The notes under the pieces are model-generated. The model did no database searches. It was given only the letters and a program-made list of their open reading frames with translations, and was not told the DNA's origin. From Octopus vulgaris (taxonomy: Eukaryota): 64,000 nt of DNA. The position numbers were made by a program, and so were the translations under genes. The stretch spans positions 64,728,001-64,792,000 of the forward strand of contig OX597814.1 of the NCBI GenBank assembly GCA_951406725.2, given 5' to 3'. Positions 1-12,182 of the stretch are shown here, piece after piece; the first letter of the stretch is position 1; the number at the start of each line of letters is the position of its first letter.

Positions 1-490
1 AAAATGGTAAGGGAATCAAATTATTGGAGATGATGGAGGGTAAAGATAGGTAAGTCGATGAGAAACATATATAACTATATGATGATCTTGACGATAAAGA
101 CGACCATATCGATGTTGATGAAGATGATGATGAGTCTGATACACTAATGGTGCGATGATATATTGCAAAGTAAAGTAACCTAGTTACATTGTAGGGAGCA
201 TACAAGTGGTTACCCGACATGCGAAGAATAGAAGCCAAGTCATTCTTAAATCATGTTCACTATCTTATTATATATTGCATAACATAATCTGGGTACGAAT
301 TCAATTTCTTAATAAATAAATTAATTAATAGATAAATAAAAAATAAGATGATAAATGGCCATTGATCATGGTTCTGCGCAGGGTGAGCTAAGATGGTGTT
401 TAGCAACAACAACAACGACACATTATAAAGCTCAAATATTACTATTCATAAAACAACTATAACTCACACACACAGACACATACACACACA

Positions 491-569
<79 letters not shown>

Positions 570-570
570 A

Positions 571-629
<59 letters not shown>

Positions 630-633
630 TTAT
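491..633. repeat. (TATC)n tetranucleotide microsatellite
   Basis: Direct tandem TATC run; similar runs at 21805-21905, 31535-31625, 50057-50123 and 58590-58745 (GATA). Confidence 0.97.
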
Positions 634-936
634 CATTCTTTCAGTTTGGGTTTCAGGAGGACGCAGTTGTTTAACAGCGTCCAAAACTACCTCAGAGATA
701 TGCGAGATGTAGATGTAGAGACCTAAAAAAAAATGTGGTCAAATTTCCATCTGAAATCCCAGATGAACACACATCGCGGTAGGAGGCAAAAGGAAGAGCA
801 GCTTCATCTAACTTGCTTCTTCATAAAAACAGTATAGAAAGGTGACCCAAACACACTGTAAGGCGGTGCTGCAGCATAGTGCCAGCCTTTGGTTGAAACC
901 AGTAAGAGATGAAAGATTACACACACACACACGCAT

Positions 937-1041
<105 letters not shown>

Positions 1042-1089
1042 CATACATATAGATATACGTGCATACACACACATATATATATGTGTGTG

Positions 1090-1131
<42 letters not shown>

Positions 1132-1139
1132 TATATATA

Positions 1140-1430
1140 TTAGACGTTTCAGCCATGCGGCTGGGATCATACTGGAGTACAACCGTGGGCGTTCTGATTT
1201 CCTCAGCCTGGGGCGTTTCACTTCACCACTCCTGCATGTGCCTTTGTCCCAGCTGTTGGTCCATTTGGTGTATAAGGGAGTTTGAATCCACTGCCCTCGT
1301 CTGCACCTCATGTCGGGCTGTTGGTTCATCCGGTATTGTGGAGAGGAGGATGTCTAGTTCCTTTCTTAATTTTTGTAGCAGGGCATTGAAAACCTGTGGG
1401 CCTTTGGACCCTAGATTATTGCAGTACCTA
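1140..1430 (-). mobile_element. 3' end fragment of a CR1/L2-group LINE (ORF2 C-terminus plus 3' tail)
   Basis: Minus-strand translation [37 protein letters not shown]...DSNSLIHQ resembles the CR1/L2-group ORF2 C-terminus (GPxLFNxL...LDxxLxxIPDxP...SNSL). Ends in stem-loop cagcc-gcat-ggctgaaac next to (TA)n. Confidence 0.75.
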
Positions 1431-1980
1431 AAATGCTAAGAAAAAGTGTATTTTTCTACTCCGGGGTAAACGAGTTGGATGCACAAATACGTCTAAGGCT
1501 TCACCAAATGAAACATAAAAAATGTTTCTTTTTACATGAATAAAGTAATAAAAAAAAGCAAAAAATTCTAGGAGAGCGAAATTAATACCTTCGCTCCAAC
1601 AAAAGACATCTGCAACAATTAATATAATATATTTTCTGATTTAGTCACAAAGTAAGCAATTTCAATGGCGAAGATTAGCTGATTACACTTGATCACCAAC
1701 CACCACCATCACCACTTTATTTTATCGACTACAAGAGGATAAAAAGCCATGTTAACCTCTGTAGAATTTGACTTCGGAACATAAAAAGAAGGAGGAAAAG
1801 CACTGCAAGAGAATTTTGAAAGCACCCCTAACAATTCAGCCAAACCTCTACCCAAATTATGATAATTTTAATAACATATGTAATGGCGACACATTGGCAG
1901 AGTTATTATAGCGTCGGAGAGACATTTGTATCGACTTTCCGATGTCTAGTTTCAAATACTGCTACCGCACACTTTAAAAA

Positions 1981-2197
1981 GGAGGCAACGAGGTAGCAAA
2001 ATCGTTACCGCGCCGGGCAAATTGCTTAGTTGCATTTCGTTCGTTTTTACGTTCTGAGTTCAAATTCCACTAAGTTTGACTTTAACTTTCAACCTTCCGG
2101 GGTCAATAAAATAAATAACAGTGGAATACTGGGGTCAATGTAATCGACTTACACCTTCCCCCATATTTGCTGGCCTTGTGTCAACATTCGAAAAGAA
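1981..2197 (+). mobile_element. tRNA-derived SINE with Meta-like central domain (degraded copy)
   Basis: Matches the family aggcggcgagctggcagaa...gttcaaattcc...ctttcatcc..cggggtcgataaaataagtaccag seen many times in the window. Confidence 0.75.
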
Positions 2198-2376
2198 TAA
2201 CATATGTAGAGACAAGCACATTCAGAAAATATAATGCAAAAGACTACAATAAATTATCAATATGTCAAGAAATATGTTGATTGTTCTACAACTTAGTTTT
2301 CTATATTTTATGTATATTTCGATACTTCCGCACTTAATGTCAACTAGGAGCAAACTATTACCCCACCACCACCACC

Positions 2377-2408
<32 letters not shown>

Positions 2409-2659
2409 CTGAAGCGTTTGTAAATTAGACTGGTCAGACGTCCTCATGAAGTGTAACACTTATTGATAGAAAAAATATGACATGACGAAAAAATACGTAC
2501 CACTCGATGAAATAAACATTGAATTCAATATACTGAGGCAGTCCCCAGAAGACCACGCCTCACACAGTTTATTAAAACCCATAAAGGTATACGCATTGAT
2601 AGAGTCAATAATGCTTTCGAAATCAAACACTCCCATACAGTTGGCAGACCTCATTTTGC

Positions 2660-2712
<53 letters not shown>

Positions 2713-2714
<2 letters not shown>

Positions 2715-2917
2715 TTAGTCCAAACGGGAAAACAGAAAAAACAACAACACGTGGAACAATTACAGTATTATTATTATTAGGCGCTCAGGAAAATGGAAGA
2801 AGGAGGGTATGACGTTTCGAGCGGAGCTCTTCGTCGGAAACATAGGAGAAAGAAAGATCCCGAGACGGGAGGACAGAGGAAAAAAAATTGCAGGTAGTCT
2901 TCACGAGGTCACATACT
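2713..2917 (-). mobile_element. TA-inserted Penelope pseudo-LTR-like repeat with hammerhead-like motif
   Basis: Starts at a (TA)n tract. Minus strand reads CCGACGA-A-GAGC-tcc-GCTC-GAAA-CGT-C (2810-2838). Related copy at 37050-37285. Confidence 0.55.
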
Positions 2918-3172
2918 GGAAAGACGGAAGTGGTAAAAAAGGAGGAAAATGTTTTTTAAAAACAGGAGAGCTGAATCAAAGAGTATATATACACACACAC
3001 ACAAACTCACTGCAAATATGCCTTATATTCACATACGTATGTATGTGTGTGTGTATATATACACATACATATATACATATATATATATGTATATATATAT
3101 ATGTATTCATATATATATATGTGTATATTTCTATATACATACACATACGCACGCACACACACGCACACACGC

Positions 3173-3221
<49 letters not shown>

Positions 3222-3731
3222 ATTCTTCTGTCCATCTACAACTCTCTCTCCCCTCCTTAATTATTTTGTTCCTCTGCTTCTATTTTTCTCTCTCTTCTCT
3301 TCCCACGTGGCCGATCGGTCTACTGCTCGCTCTCTCTGGGTCTGACCGTCGTCCGTGCAACATCGATATTCTTCTCTGTGCCTGTAAAATTTTTGTATCT
3401 CTGCCGTGAGGCTTCATTTCCACACGCGTCAGCTTAATCTAATTCGTCCCCAGTCGAAAGACACCTGTTCTTATACCCTGTCACTATTTTTATTATTTTG
3501 ATTGTTTTTATATTTGCATTTATTTTATTTATACTTGTGTAACATTGTCTGTTTTTCCGTCCTTGTTTTTGTATATATTCGATGCTTTCTTCCAAGGAAT
3601 CTAATGCTCTTAGCTTAGTTTTTCCTTGGGGCTGGTCAGATTGGAGCAACTCAAGATTAATCAGCCGAAATTGCGAGGGTAATCCGGTTCTTGACTGAGG
3701 ATAGAAAGATTCGAATGACCTTGTTTTTTTG

Positions 3732-3775
<44 letters not shown>

Positions 3776-3782
3776 TATATAT

Positions 3783-4022
3783 ACTTTATTAAAAAGCAGC
3801 AAAAATATCACAAAAACTGTTACTCAGAGTTTCACGCTCCCGTTCGTTGGAGAAACTTGTATACTTTACTTTCTAATCAAAACTGTCCGACGAAGAGGAA
3901 CGTGAAACTCTGAGTAACAGTTTTTGTAATATTTTTGTTGCTTTTTAATAAAGCATATTACTCTATTTCTGGTATTCGAGTACTATTTTTTCCACCTCAC
4001 TTCGCATTTATGTGTTTACTCT
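3783..4022 (+). mobile_element. Fold-back (hairpin) element in (TA)n tract, Penelope pLTR-like, copy 1 of 3
   Basis: Inverted arms 3783-3850 and 3886-3955, plus a ~65-nt unpaired tail shared with copies at 22895-23040 and 37316-37465. Confidence 0.8.
3879..3924 (+). ncRNA. Minimal type I hammerhead ribozyme-like motif with CCGACGA core
   Basis: Stem I aaaactgt/acagtttt, core CCGACGA, short stem II (acg/cgt in the inverted arm copy), GAAA, near-palindromic stem III actctgagt, GUA cleavage triplet. Confidence 0.65.
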
Positions 4023-4057
4023 TGTATACATACATACATACATACGTACACACATAC

Positions 4058-4136
<79 letters not shown>

Positions 4137-4137
4137 G

Positions 4138-4190
<53 letters not shown>

Positions 4191-4192
<2 letters not shown>

Positions 4193-4583
4193 CGCAGGAA
4201 TGGCTGTGTGGTAAGTAGCTTGTTTACCAACCACATGGTTCCGGGTTCTGTCCCACTGCGTGGCACCTTGGGCAAGTGTCTTCTATTATAGCCTCGGGCC
4301 GACCAAAGCCCTGTGAGTGGATTTGGTAGACGGAAACTGAAAGAAACCCGTCGTATATATGTATATATATATATGAGTGTGTGTGTGTGTGTGTCTGTGT
4401 TTGTCCCCCTAGCATTGCTTGACAACCGATGCTGGTGTGTTTATATTCCCCGTTACTTAGCGGTTCGGCAAAAGAGACCGATAGAATAAGTACTGGGCTT
4501 ACAAAAGAATAAGTCCCGGGATCGAGTTGCTCGATTAAAGGCGGTGCTCCAGCATGGCCGCAGTCAAATGACTGAAACAAGTG
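4191..4583 (+). mobile_element. tRNA-derived CORE-type SINE (octopus OR-like) with LINE-derived tail
   Basis: A box tggctgtgtggtaag, B-box-like gggttctgtccc, CORE-like ccttgggcaagtgtcttct, internal (TA)/(TG) tract, tail ggtgctccagcatggccgcagtcaaatgactgaaac. Confidence 0.85.
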
Positions 4584-4608
4584 AAAAAAAAAAAAAAATA
4601 TATATATG

Positions 4609-4659
<51 letters not shown>

Positions 4660-5310
4660 CTGTGTGTATATGTAAATGAGTGGAAATTGAACCAGTGAGT
4701 GTGTTAAATAATAAGGCACTAAAAGAGAATGACTCTCCCTAAATACAATGAAACTATGAATTAAAATGCACCTGAAATGTGAATACGAACGAATAAAACA
4801 CGTTTGCGTAAATCGGACACCTGAGTATTGAGATATTAGGGGTTTTCGGGTTATAAATACCCAAAACAGTACATAATGGGAAAATTCTCCGAAAATAACT
4901 TAACGCTGAAAGGTAAGAAGCTCTTACCTTTCAATTAGACACAGTGGCTTGACAACGAAAAGATACGGTTTTTTTTTTACAGTAAATATTTCTAATTTCG
5001 CTTTTGTTAAACACAATATTTTAATCATTTAGAAATATTTTTAAGTGAATGTGATTTCAACAATGTAAGTTGTTTGTACACTAAGTATTTATACTTTAGC
5101 TTTCTTTAAACAGACAATATTTTAATGTTCTTTTAGATTATTTTGAAGTGAATACCATTACAAAAATTTATTTTGTAATATTTAAAAATAATTTGAAGTG
5201 AAAATGACTTTAAAAATACAGTAAATATTTCATAAAAGACCCGTTCGTAACCTTGGTGTGACATAAATTTTCCCGTAGGTTTTTTCGAGTGCATTCAACG
5301 TATCTCACCG

Positions 5311-5433
5311 CCAAAGATTTGACTGCTATTTCTAGGACGCCCTGCTACCACGTAACAGGTATTTCAGGTCCTTTATCGCAAATATCTGCTACGTGGTAGC
5401 AGGGCGTCCTAGAAATAGCAGCCAAATCTTTGG
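5311..5433. repeat. 54-bp inverted repeat (hairpin, ~15-nt loop)
   Basis: 5311-5364 is the reverse complement of 5380-5433 with 3 mismatches. Confidence 0.9.
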
Positions 5434-6144
5434 GCATGCAAGAGATAGCAGCCAAATCTTTCCTTTTCTGTGGAAGGGAGCCGTTTACGCGTGATTTTCT
5501 ATGAAAGGTTAAATCCTATATATGAGTATATTATGAAGAATAAATAGATATTTCATTGTCTTTTGTGTAATTTTTATGTTTAAATTATCCAGTGAGATCC
5601 TATGTTATTGAATATAATAATTCTTCAGTTATTATGAAATAAGTTTAATTACTATAGAAGGGTTTATTATATTAAATGAATAAATAAATACATAAGTAAT
5701 TAATTTACCCAAGTTTTTATTAAGCATCACATAGAATTATTATCAGTAGTTTTTATTCTTTAATTATCTATTAAGCATAACGTAGCATTTTTGTCTCCTT
5801 TTTTGTTCTTCAGATATTCAATGATGACATCAATTTTAGTAGATAAATATACTCGCTTTCTATGTTAGGTATTTTAATATTTTCCTTTTTATTTTTATGT
5901 AGATTTCAAATAGTAAAAAAATATGAAATTAATATGGTATTTTTAATATTTTATTTTTATAAACTAAACTAGTTATTCAATGACGTCCCTCTTGTTTGAA
6001 TGAATGAATGTCTAAAGTTAAATTTGGTTTGCGTTTTCGTTTTTCACAGGTAAAATCTTTTCAGATGTTCAGTTAAATTTTCACCAGAATTACCTCGATA
6101 ATTTTATGCTGACATAAATGTTCGTACATATAATTTTTAACAAC

Positions 6145-6193
<49 letters not shown>

Positions 6194-6333
6194 GTGCGTG
6201 TGTGTGTGGGTGTGTGTATGAATATATATATATATGTATGTATGTATGTATATGGTAATGTGATTGAAACAATTGTTGGATTTTTAAGGTGCTATCTAAA
6301 ATAAAAATATTTTATTAGTACATGTTACTGACT

Positions 6334-6376
<43 letters not shown>

Positions 6377-7253
6377 GCTCTCTCTCTCTTTCTCTCTGTG
6401 TCAAGCACACACTCACACACACACACACATATTTTATACATATATATATAATATGTGTGTGTGTGGGGGGGGGGGGGTGCTTGACACAGAGAGAAAGCGT
6501 GTGTGTCAGATAGAGAGTCTAGGTTATGAAAGTGGGTGAATGTGCATACATGGGAGAGAGAGATATAAAGAGAATGAGCGGTGTGGGAGAGTGATTAAAA
6601 AAGAAAGAAAAACGAGGAAAGTAGTTTAAACAATATTGTAACAGAAGGCCGTTTTTGAATAAAAAATTTTAATTAGTTGTTTTATAATGTTTATTATCCG
6701 TAAGTTTAAATAGCGTTTCGTTGTATTTTAGCTTTAAACAATAATTAATCAATAATGTTTTGACGTATATAAACCGCTTTCGAAGACAGAAACAAACACT
6801 ATTGACTTTTATCACACATCTGGCACCTCATGTGTTTTAAATGTATTATCTAACTATTCAAAGGTTTTTAATTTTCCTATTTTAATATTTTTTCAATGAA
6901 TGCAGTTGGATTAACAATATAATTTCAATGAAACTTTTTTAATGATAACTATATAGATTAACAAAGTCTGAAATAAAATTTTCAAATCAGTAACCAATAT
7001 ATGTAGTTCAGACTGTTATGATGTAACCCAGGACAACCAGTTTAGTGGCCAAATGATAGAAGAATAAAATAAGACCACTATTCACTTTACTATTAAATAT
7101 AGCACGTGTGCGAAGTTAGAAGACGGAAGAAGTCGTAGACACGCCAACAACCAGCCGTGTCTGAAGAGATAGCTCAAGTGATAATCAGGTTATCTGCCTG
7201 TTTCAAGTACACACACATAGCTTTGCCACCACTACTTCCTCTTTGTGCCACAG

Positions 7254-7340
<87 letters not shown>
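7254..7340. repeat. (CTA)n trinucleotide microsatellite
   Basis: Perfect tandem CTA run; a compound (CTA)n(CTT)n(CTA)n run lies at 47765-47917. Confidence 0.97.
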
Positions 7341-8122
7341 GCCACATAGTTGGTTAGCTACACGTAAACCACGTTTACCAGAAATAACCAGTATAGATTC
7401 ATCACTGCAGTTATTAGTCCGGTTTTACTACTACTGTTACCAGAATGCTCCTCCTGCAAAGACAGTCACTATGCTCTTACTACTATAGTATTCAGCATGG
7501 TGTCACCACGGTGATAACCAACATAGTTTCTGACCCCCATGGTTACTAGTACCCTCTCACTACTACGATTACCAATATGGTCTAATCAACGCGGTAATAA
7601 GTACGGTCTCATTCATAATCCGAGTTACTATTGTTATTTCACTACTATATTTGCCACAACAGTACGATTAACATAGTTAACAGTATAGTTTCATCATTAC
7701 AGCAACCAGAACGCTTTCACTTGCACGATCACCCCAGGGTTAGGAGTGCAAACACTACGAAGACAAATGGTACGGTCTAACCATCTTAATTAAATATACG
7801 GTCTCACCCACGGTTAATTTACCAACACTCTCAATTAATTGCAACAATATTCACGCCTCTCGTTTCTTATAAAGTACTTAATATAATTAGGAATTTGTGA
7901 CATACTGTATACACAATGTTCCATGTTTTGTGCAATAGAGATGATTGATTAAATCGATGCAAGGCATCGTTGATCATAGTGAAAATTGAATTCAGAAGAT
8001 AATTTTGATATTATTTGTTGGTACAAGGCATTTGGCGTGATATTTTTCCATTATGTATTCTACTGCCTTTTGTACAGCACAGAATCTCGTTGGACGGAAC
8101 AGACTATTAAATCCATCCGATT

Positions 8123-8454
8123 TTATTTTATCAACACACCAATGATTAAGTTTAAGATATATCTCAAAATCAACTCAAGGCTAAGATATATCTCAGTATC
8201 AACTCTGTATTCCATTGCACATGTAATGAGGTTCATTTTGCTGGTCTCTAGAAATGTGTTGACCTTCAGCGAATCTCTAAGAATATCGTTGTCTCCAGTA
8301 AAGTGATGTTTATGTTGTACTATATGATGTTGCTCTTCAAGTTTCTCGAAGCAAACGGAGGTTATGTCTTCTATCTGACAGATGTTTTCATGGCGAGAAT
8401 TAAGCGTATTTCTGGTACTTGGTTGTGCGGCTAGCTCAGAAATGCTTATGTCAC
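8123..8454 (-). CDS. Candidate terminal coding exon, unknown protein
   Basis: Acceptor tattcttttcAG followed by a 109-codon open frame (xDISISELAAQPSTRNTLNSRHENICQIEDITSVCFEKLEEQHH...LIIGVLIK*) in non-repetitive AT-rich DNA. No homology recognised. Confidence 0.3.
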
Positions 8455-9188
8455 CTGAAAAGAATACTAAATTTTAACAGAATCATATCCAATTTTGATC
8501 TTAAATGAGGGAGAGGTGGCTGTCATTCATACACCACTACTCTTGCTTGATAGACACAGATACTAGACTAGAGCAAAATGCTTTTAAATTGAAACAGACT
8601 TACTTTCTCATTTTCACACAATACGCTAAGTGGCAACATAAAGTCAAGACAACTAAGCTTTTATGAGAATATAGGAGATTGCCAAAGTAGCTGAAAGCAT
8701 TTCCAGGTTACGTAGTACTAGTTAACTTGGTGTGTGTCCAATCCTTGAAACATCATACCATATGCTTGCTCAGTATCATGGCTTTTAGCCCAGCATTACG
8801 TTATGATGCCACATGCACCAGTTGCTACTACTGGCCTGATACTGCCAACTTCAAAGCTGCAGCAATGAAACTTACTCATTTCTTCAACACTTCATTCGAA
8901 TGAGATGGAAACATGCTACTAAACCTATAGACCTATACCTAATATGTTTATGTATCATCCAATCTCTGAGTTATTTGCTCTTTGTCAAGGCTTTATTTTT
9001 CATCCCACAAAGTTTCAAATCAGGTCTCCATCTTCCTCGCTAAGCAAGTTCAGCGGTGTTGTCAATTTAATCGCAAACGACCTGACCATGCAATGGGCTT
9101 AACTGTTACATGCTACCAACAGCGCTCTCAAGCAACCTTACATTCACAAGAGCATACACACACACACACACACACTCTCTCTCTCTCG

Positions 9189-9225
<37 letters not shown>

Positions 9226-9689
9226 ATATATAGTGAACATTAAATCCGAGCAGGTTTAAAGATTCTAGTACAATCCGGGTTTCGGCTAAACACATCGAAT
9301 AAAAAAGAAATAACGGGAAATTCTTCAAGGTAAACAATCACGTGATATTTCATCCGAATGGTAAATCCTGAGTTAGCTTCGTTAGATTATAAACAGTTTA
9401 CAGACTGTATGTTCAAGACATTAAGATAAAAATGGAGAATTATGTATCTGTAATTTTTTATTACAGTCTCTTATACAGTGCATTCTCTTTAAACCTCTGT
9501 CCAACATATATTTCTGCTGCACGGATATCCTAGGAGGTGGTTCGATTTATTTGCTGTTGGTTCAGTTGCATTAACATTTCATCCAGGTTAAATGTATCCA
9601 TGCAGCTTTATTCAAGGTGTTCCAAGCTCTGAACATTTTCTTATTATATTAACATTTTTGTGTAAAATTCAATGCCAAAATTTGATACA

Positions 9690-9870
9690 CGCCCCGCGCC
9701 TCCCACCCTCACTGGATTTTCCATTGCTCAATTGCTACTTATTTTATTTATCCCGAAAGATTAAAAGGCAAAGTCAATCTTGGTGGAATTTGAACTCTAA
9801 AGGTAAGAACGGACAGAAAATCGCTGAGTAGTTTGTACAGCGTGCTAACGTTCCTGTACAGCTAACCGCT
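9690..9870 (-). mobile_element. Meta-like tRNA SINE, degraded
   Basis: Reverse complement of the family (ttatcccgaaagattaaaaggcaaagtcaatcttggtggaatttgaactc...cgtgctaacg). Confidence 0.65.
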
Positions 9871-12182
9871 CTTGACGTCATATCAATAATGATGATAATT
9901 GCTAATGATGACAATTGCTAAATACAAAGACATGCATATTTTGATGCAGAGGTCAGTTAAAAATAAAATCAATACCAGTACTTGTGTTGTAGTTATTTTT
10001 AATGATTCAGAAATATGAAACGGAAATTCGAATGTTGGTGGATTCGAACGCATATATAAAGAATCTGAACTAAGTATCTACTGCAAGGCATTTTGCCAAG
10101 TGTTCCGTCGATTCTTCTGACAATCCACATCGAATAATATTATTTTTATCATTATTATTATTAATAATAACAATAGCAAATATATAAATAAAGTAATAGC
10201 ATATCATGTCAGAAATGTGGTATTTAGCAATGAATATATAAAAAGGTAAATAAATAAAATTTATCTGTATCCATTGCTCTGCTTCCTTCTGAACGATCAG
10301 CTGGCCTGTTCATTGTTGAACGGCTGACTGTTCCGAGGTGAGTAAGGAGCAGGTGCGAGCAAGAACATAAAGAAATTAACAGAGAGGGATGGAGGGAGGG
10401 AAGGGAGGAGAAATTGAAAGCAGTTGTAGCAGTGGTGGTGTTGGTGGTACTGAAGGTTATGAGGGTGGGGCATAGACACAAGATAAAAGTGGAAGCAACT
10501 CTTTTAATTTCTTAGGAAGTTTCTTCGCCAGCAGTCGATTAAAGTTCGGCTCTCATCGTCAGCCTCCGGCAAATGAATCGTTACAGCACGTCAATTTTTT
10601 TCCCTATATTTCTTTTTATTTCACCGTTTAATGTTTTATTTTTTTTACATTTTATATATATTTTCCTGTCCTTCAACTCTAATCTTTACTTTCATTACAG
10701 TTGTCAGTTGTCGATTTTCTTATTTTAAATACTGCTTTGGTTATATTTTATTGAATTTATTTGTGTAATTTTCCATTTTGCTCTTGTGGATATATTACAT
10801 GTTTTTGCACTTCTTGCAGTATTAATGATTTTTTTCTTTATTTGTTTGTTTGCTTTCTCTCCGTTTTCTCTCGCCTGATATTGCTATCTTGGTATATACT
10901 ATCATTGTTATTGCTAATGAAAGTATTTTAACTATGCTCCCGAATGCATATGTTTACTTAAGGTTCCAAGAAGGTTGAGAGAGCTTTCAGATACATTAAC
11001 ATATCTTTCTAACTATGGCTATCTGCAGATACCAGTATAACACTACTGACCCATCTATACTTGCATATATGTACACACAAAAACACACACATAATATAGT
11101 AGCGCAATTTATTCCGAACTGCTGTGACATACATACATGTATTAATGAATGTATGTATGTATGTATGTGTGTGTGTGTGTGTGCGTGTGTGTGTGTGTAC
11201 ATATATGCCACAGAACCTCACAAAATTAAAAACCCTTGATTGAGTATATCCTAGCATATTAAGATTACCAATGAAGACAATCAAACAGTATCAATATATA
11301 TAATAATATAAACAATAAAATCACCATAAACCACGAACCCTTTGACATATTCAACTTTACTGGAATGAAAGCCACCCATTCTGCACATTGCTGCAAATTA
11401 AATTCAGTTTTAAATGATTTGAACTGCACATGAGTTTTTCTGAGCGAAGGTTGGTATGTGCACTCTCAGTAAGTCTTCGTTCCCAGATAAAAAAGCTTCA
11501 GAACGATACAGGATGAAGTGTCAGCACAGGATCTTGATTGGAATCTTATTTATCGATTTAAGAAAGGATATACACAAAACTATCAAAGTACAATTTGAGC
11601 AGTGAACGTTTCTGTTAGGACACTCTAAAACATACTGTAAAGCAGACACACACTTATAACACGGCTTAATATACATACATACACGCACAAACATAGACAT
11701 ATATCACAGCATACATTTCATGTCTTTGCTCCAGAGCGTAGAGTTTCTGTTCTATGACATTCTCCCAGTGGTTATTTTGTTACTTTGCGGCAATCTTATT
11801 CGTGTAAGATCATTGAGTCGCCTATCATCCTATCAACACTATTTGACAATCATCATTCAAAACAACCGAGGCAGATAAAAACAGATGCTCTTCAGATGAC
11901 CAACACAGATGCTGGTTCTCTTGCGCTGAATGATTTCAGAATACAGTCAGACAGTTACCTACTCGTTGTTGCCATCTTAGAAATTTGAACTTGGAGCGAT
12001 GAATAATTACGTCTACTAAATACCCAGTCATCATCTGACTGTGACTCTAGGATGGTAAGCATCCCCGGTTTTGTGTTTTCTGATTGTGATACGTTTGTTG
12101 GCTGATGAACTTAACTATCCATACGATATACATGTACATACAAACATACATACATGCATACATACGTACGTACATATATATA

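Noticed and set aside
8876-8924. Possible minus-strand exon with donor GA|GTAAGT upstream of the 8454 acceptor
   Set aside because: No polypyrimidine tract, and the frame needed to join the 8454 exon contains stops.
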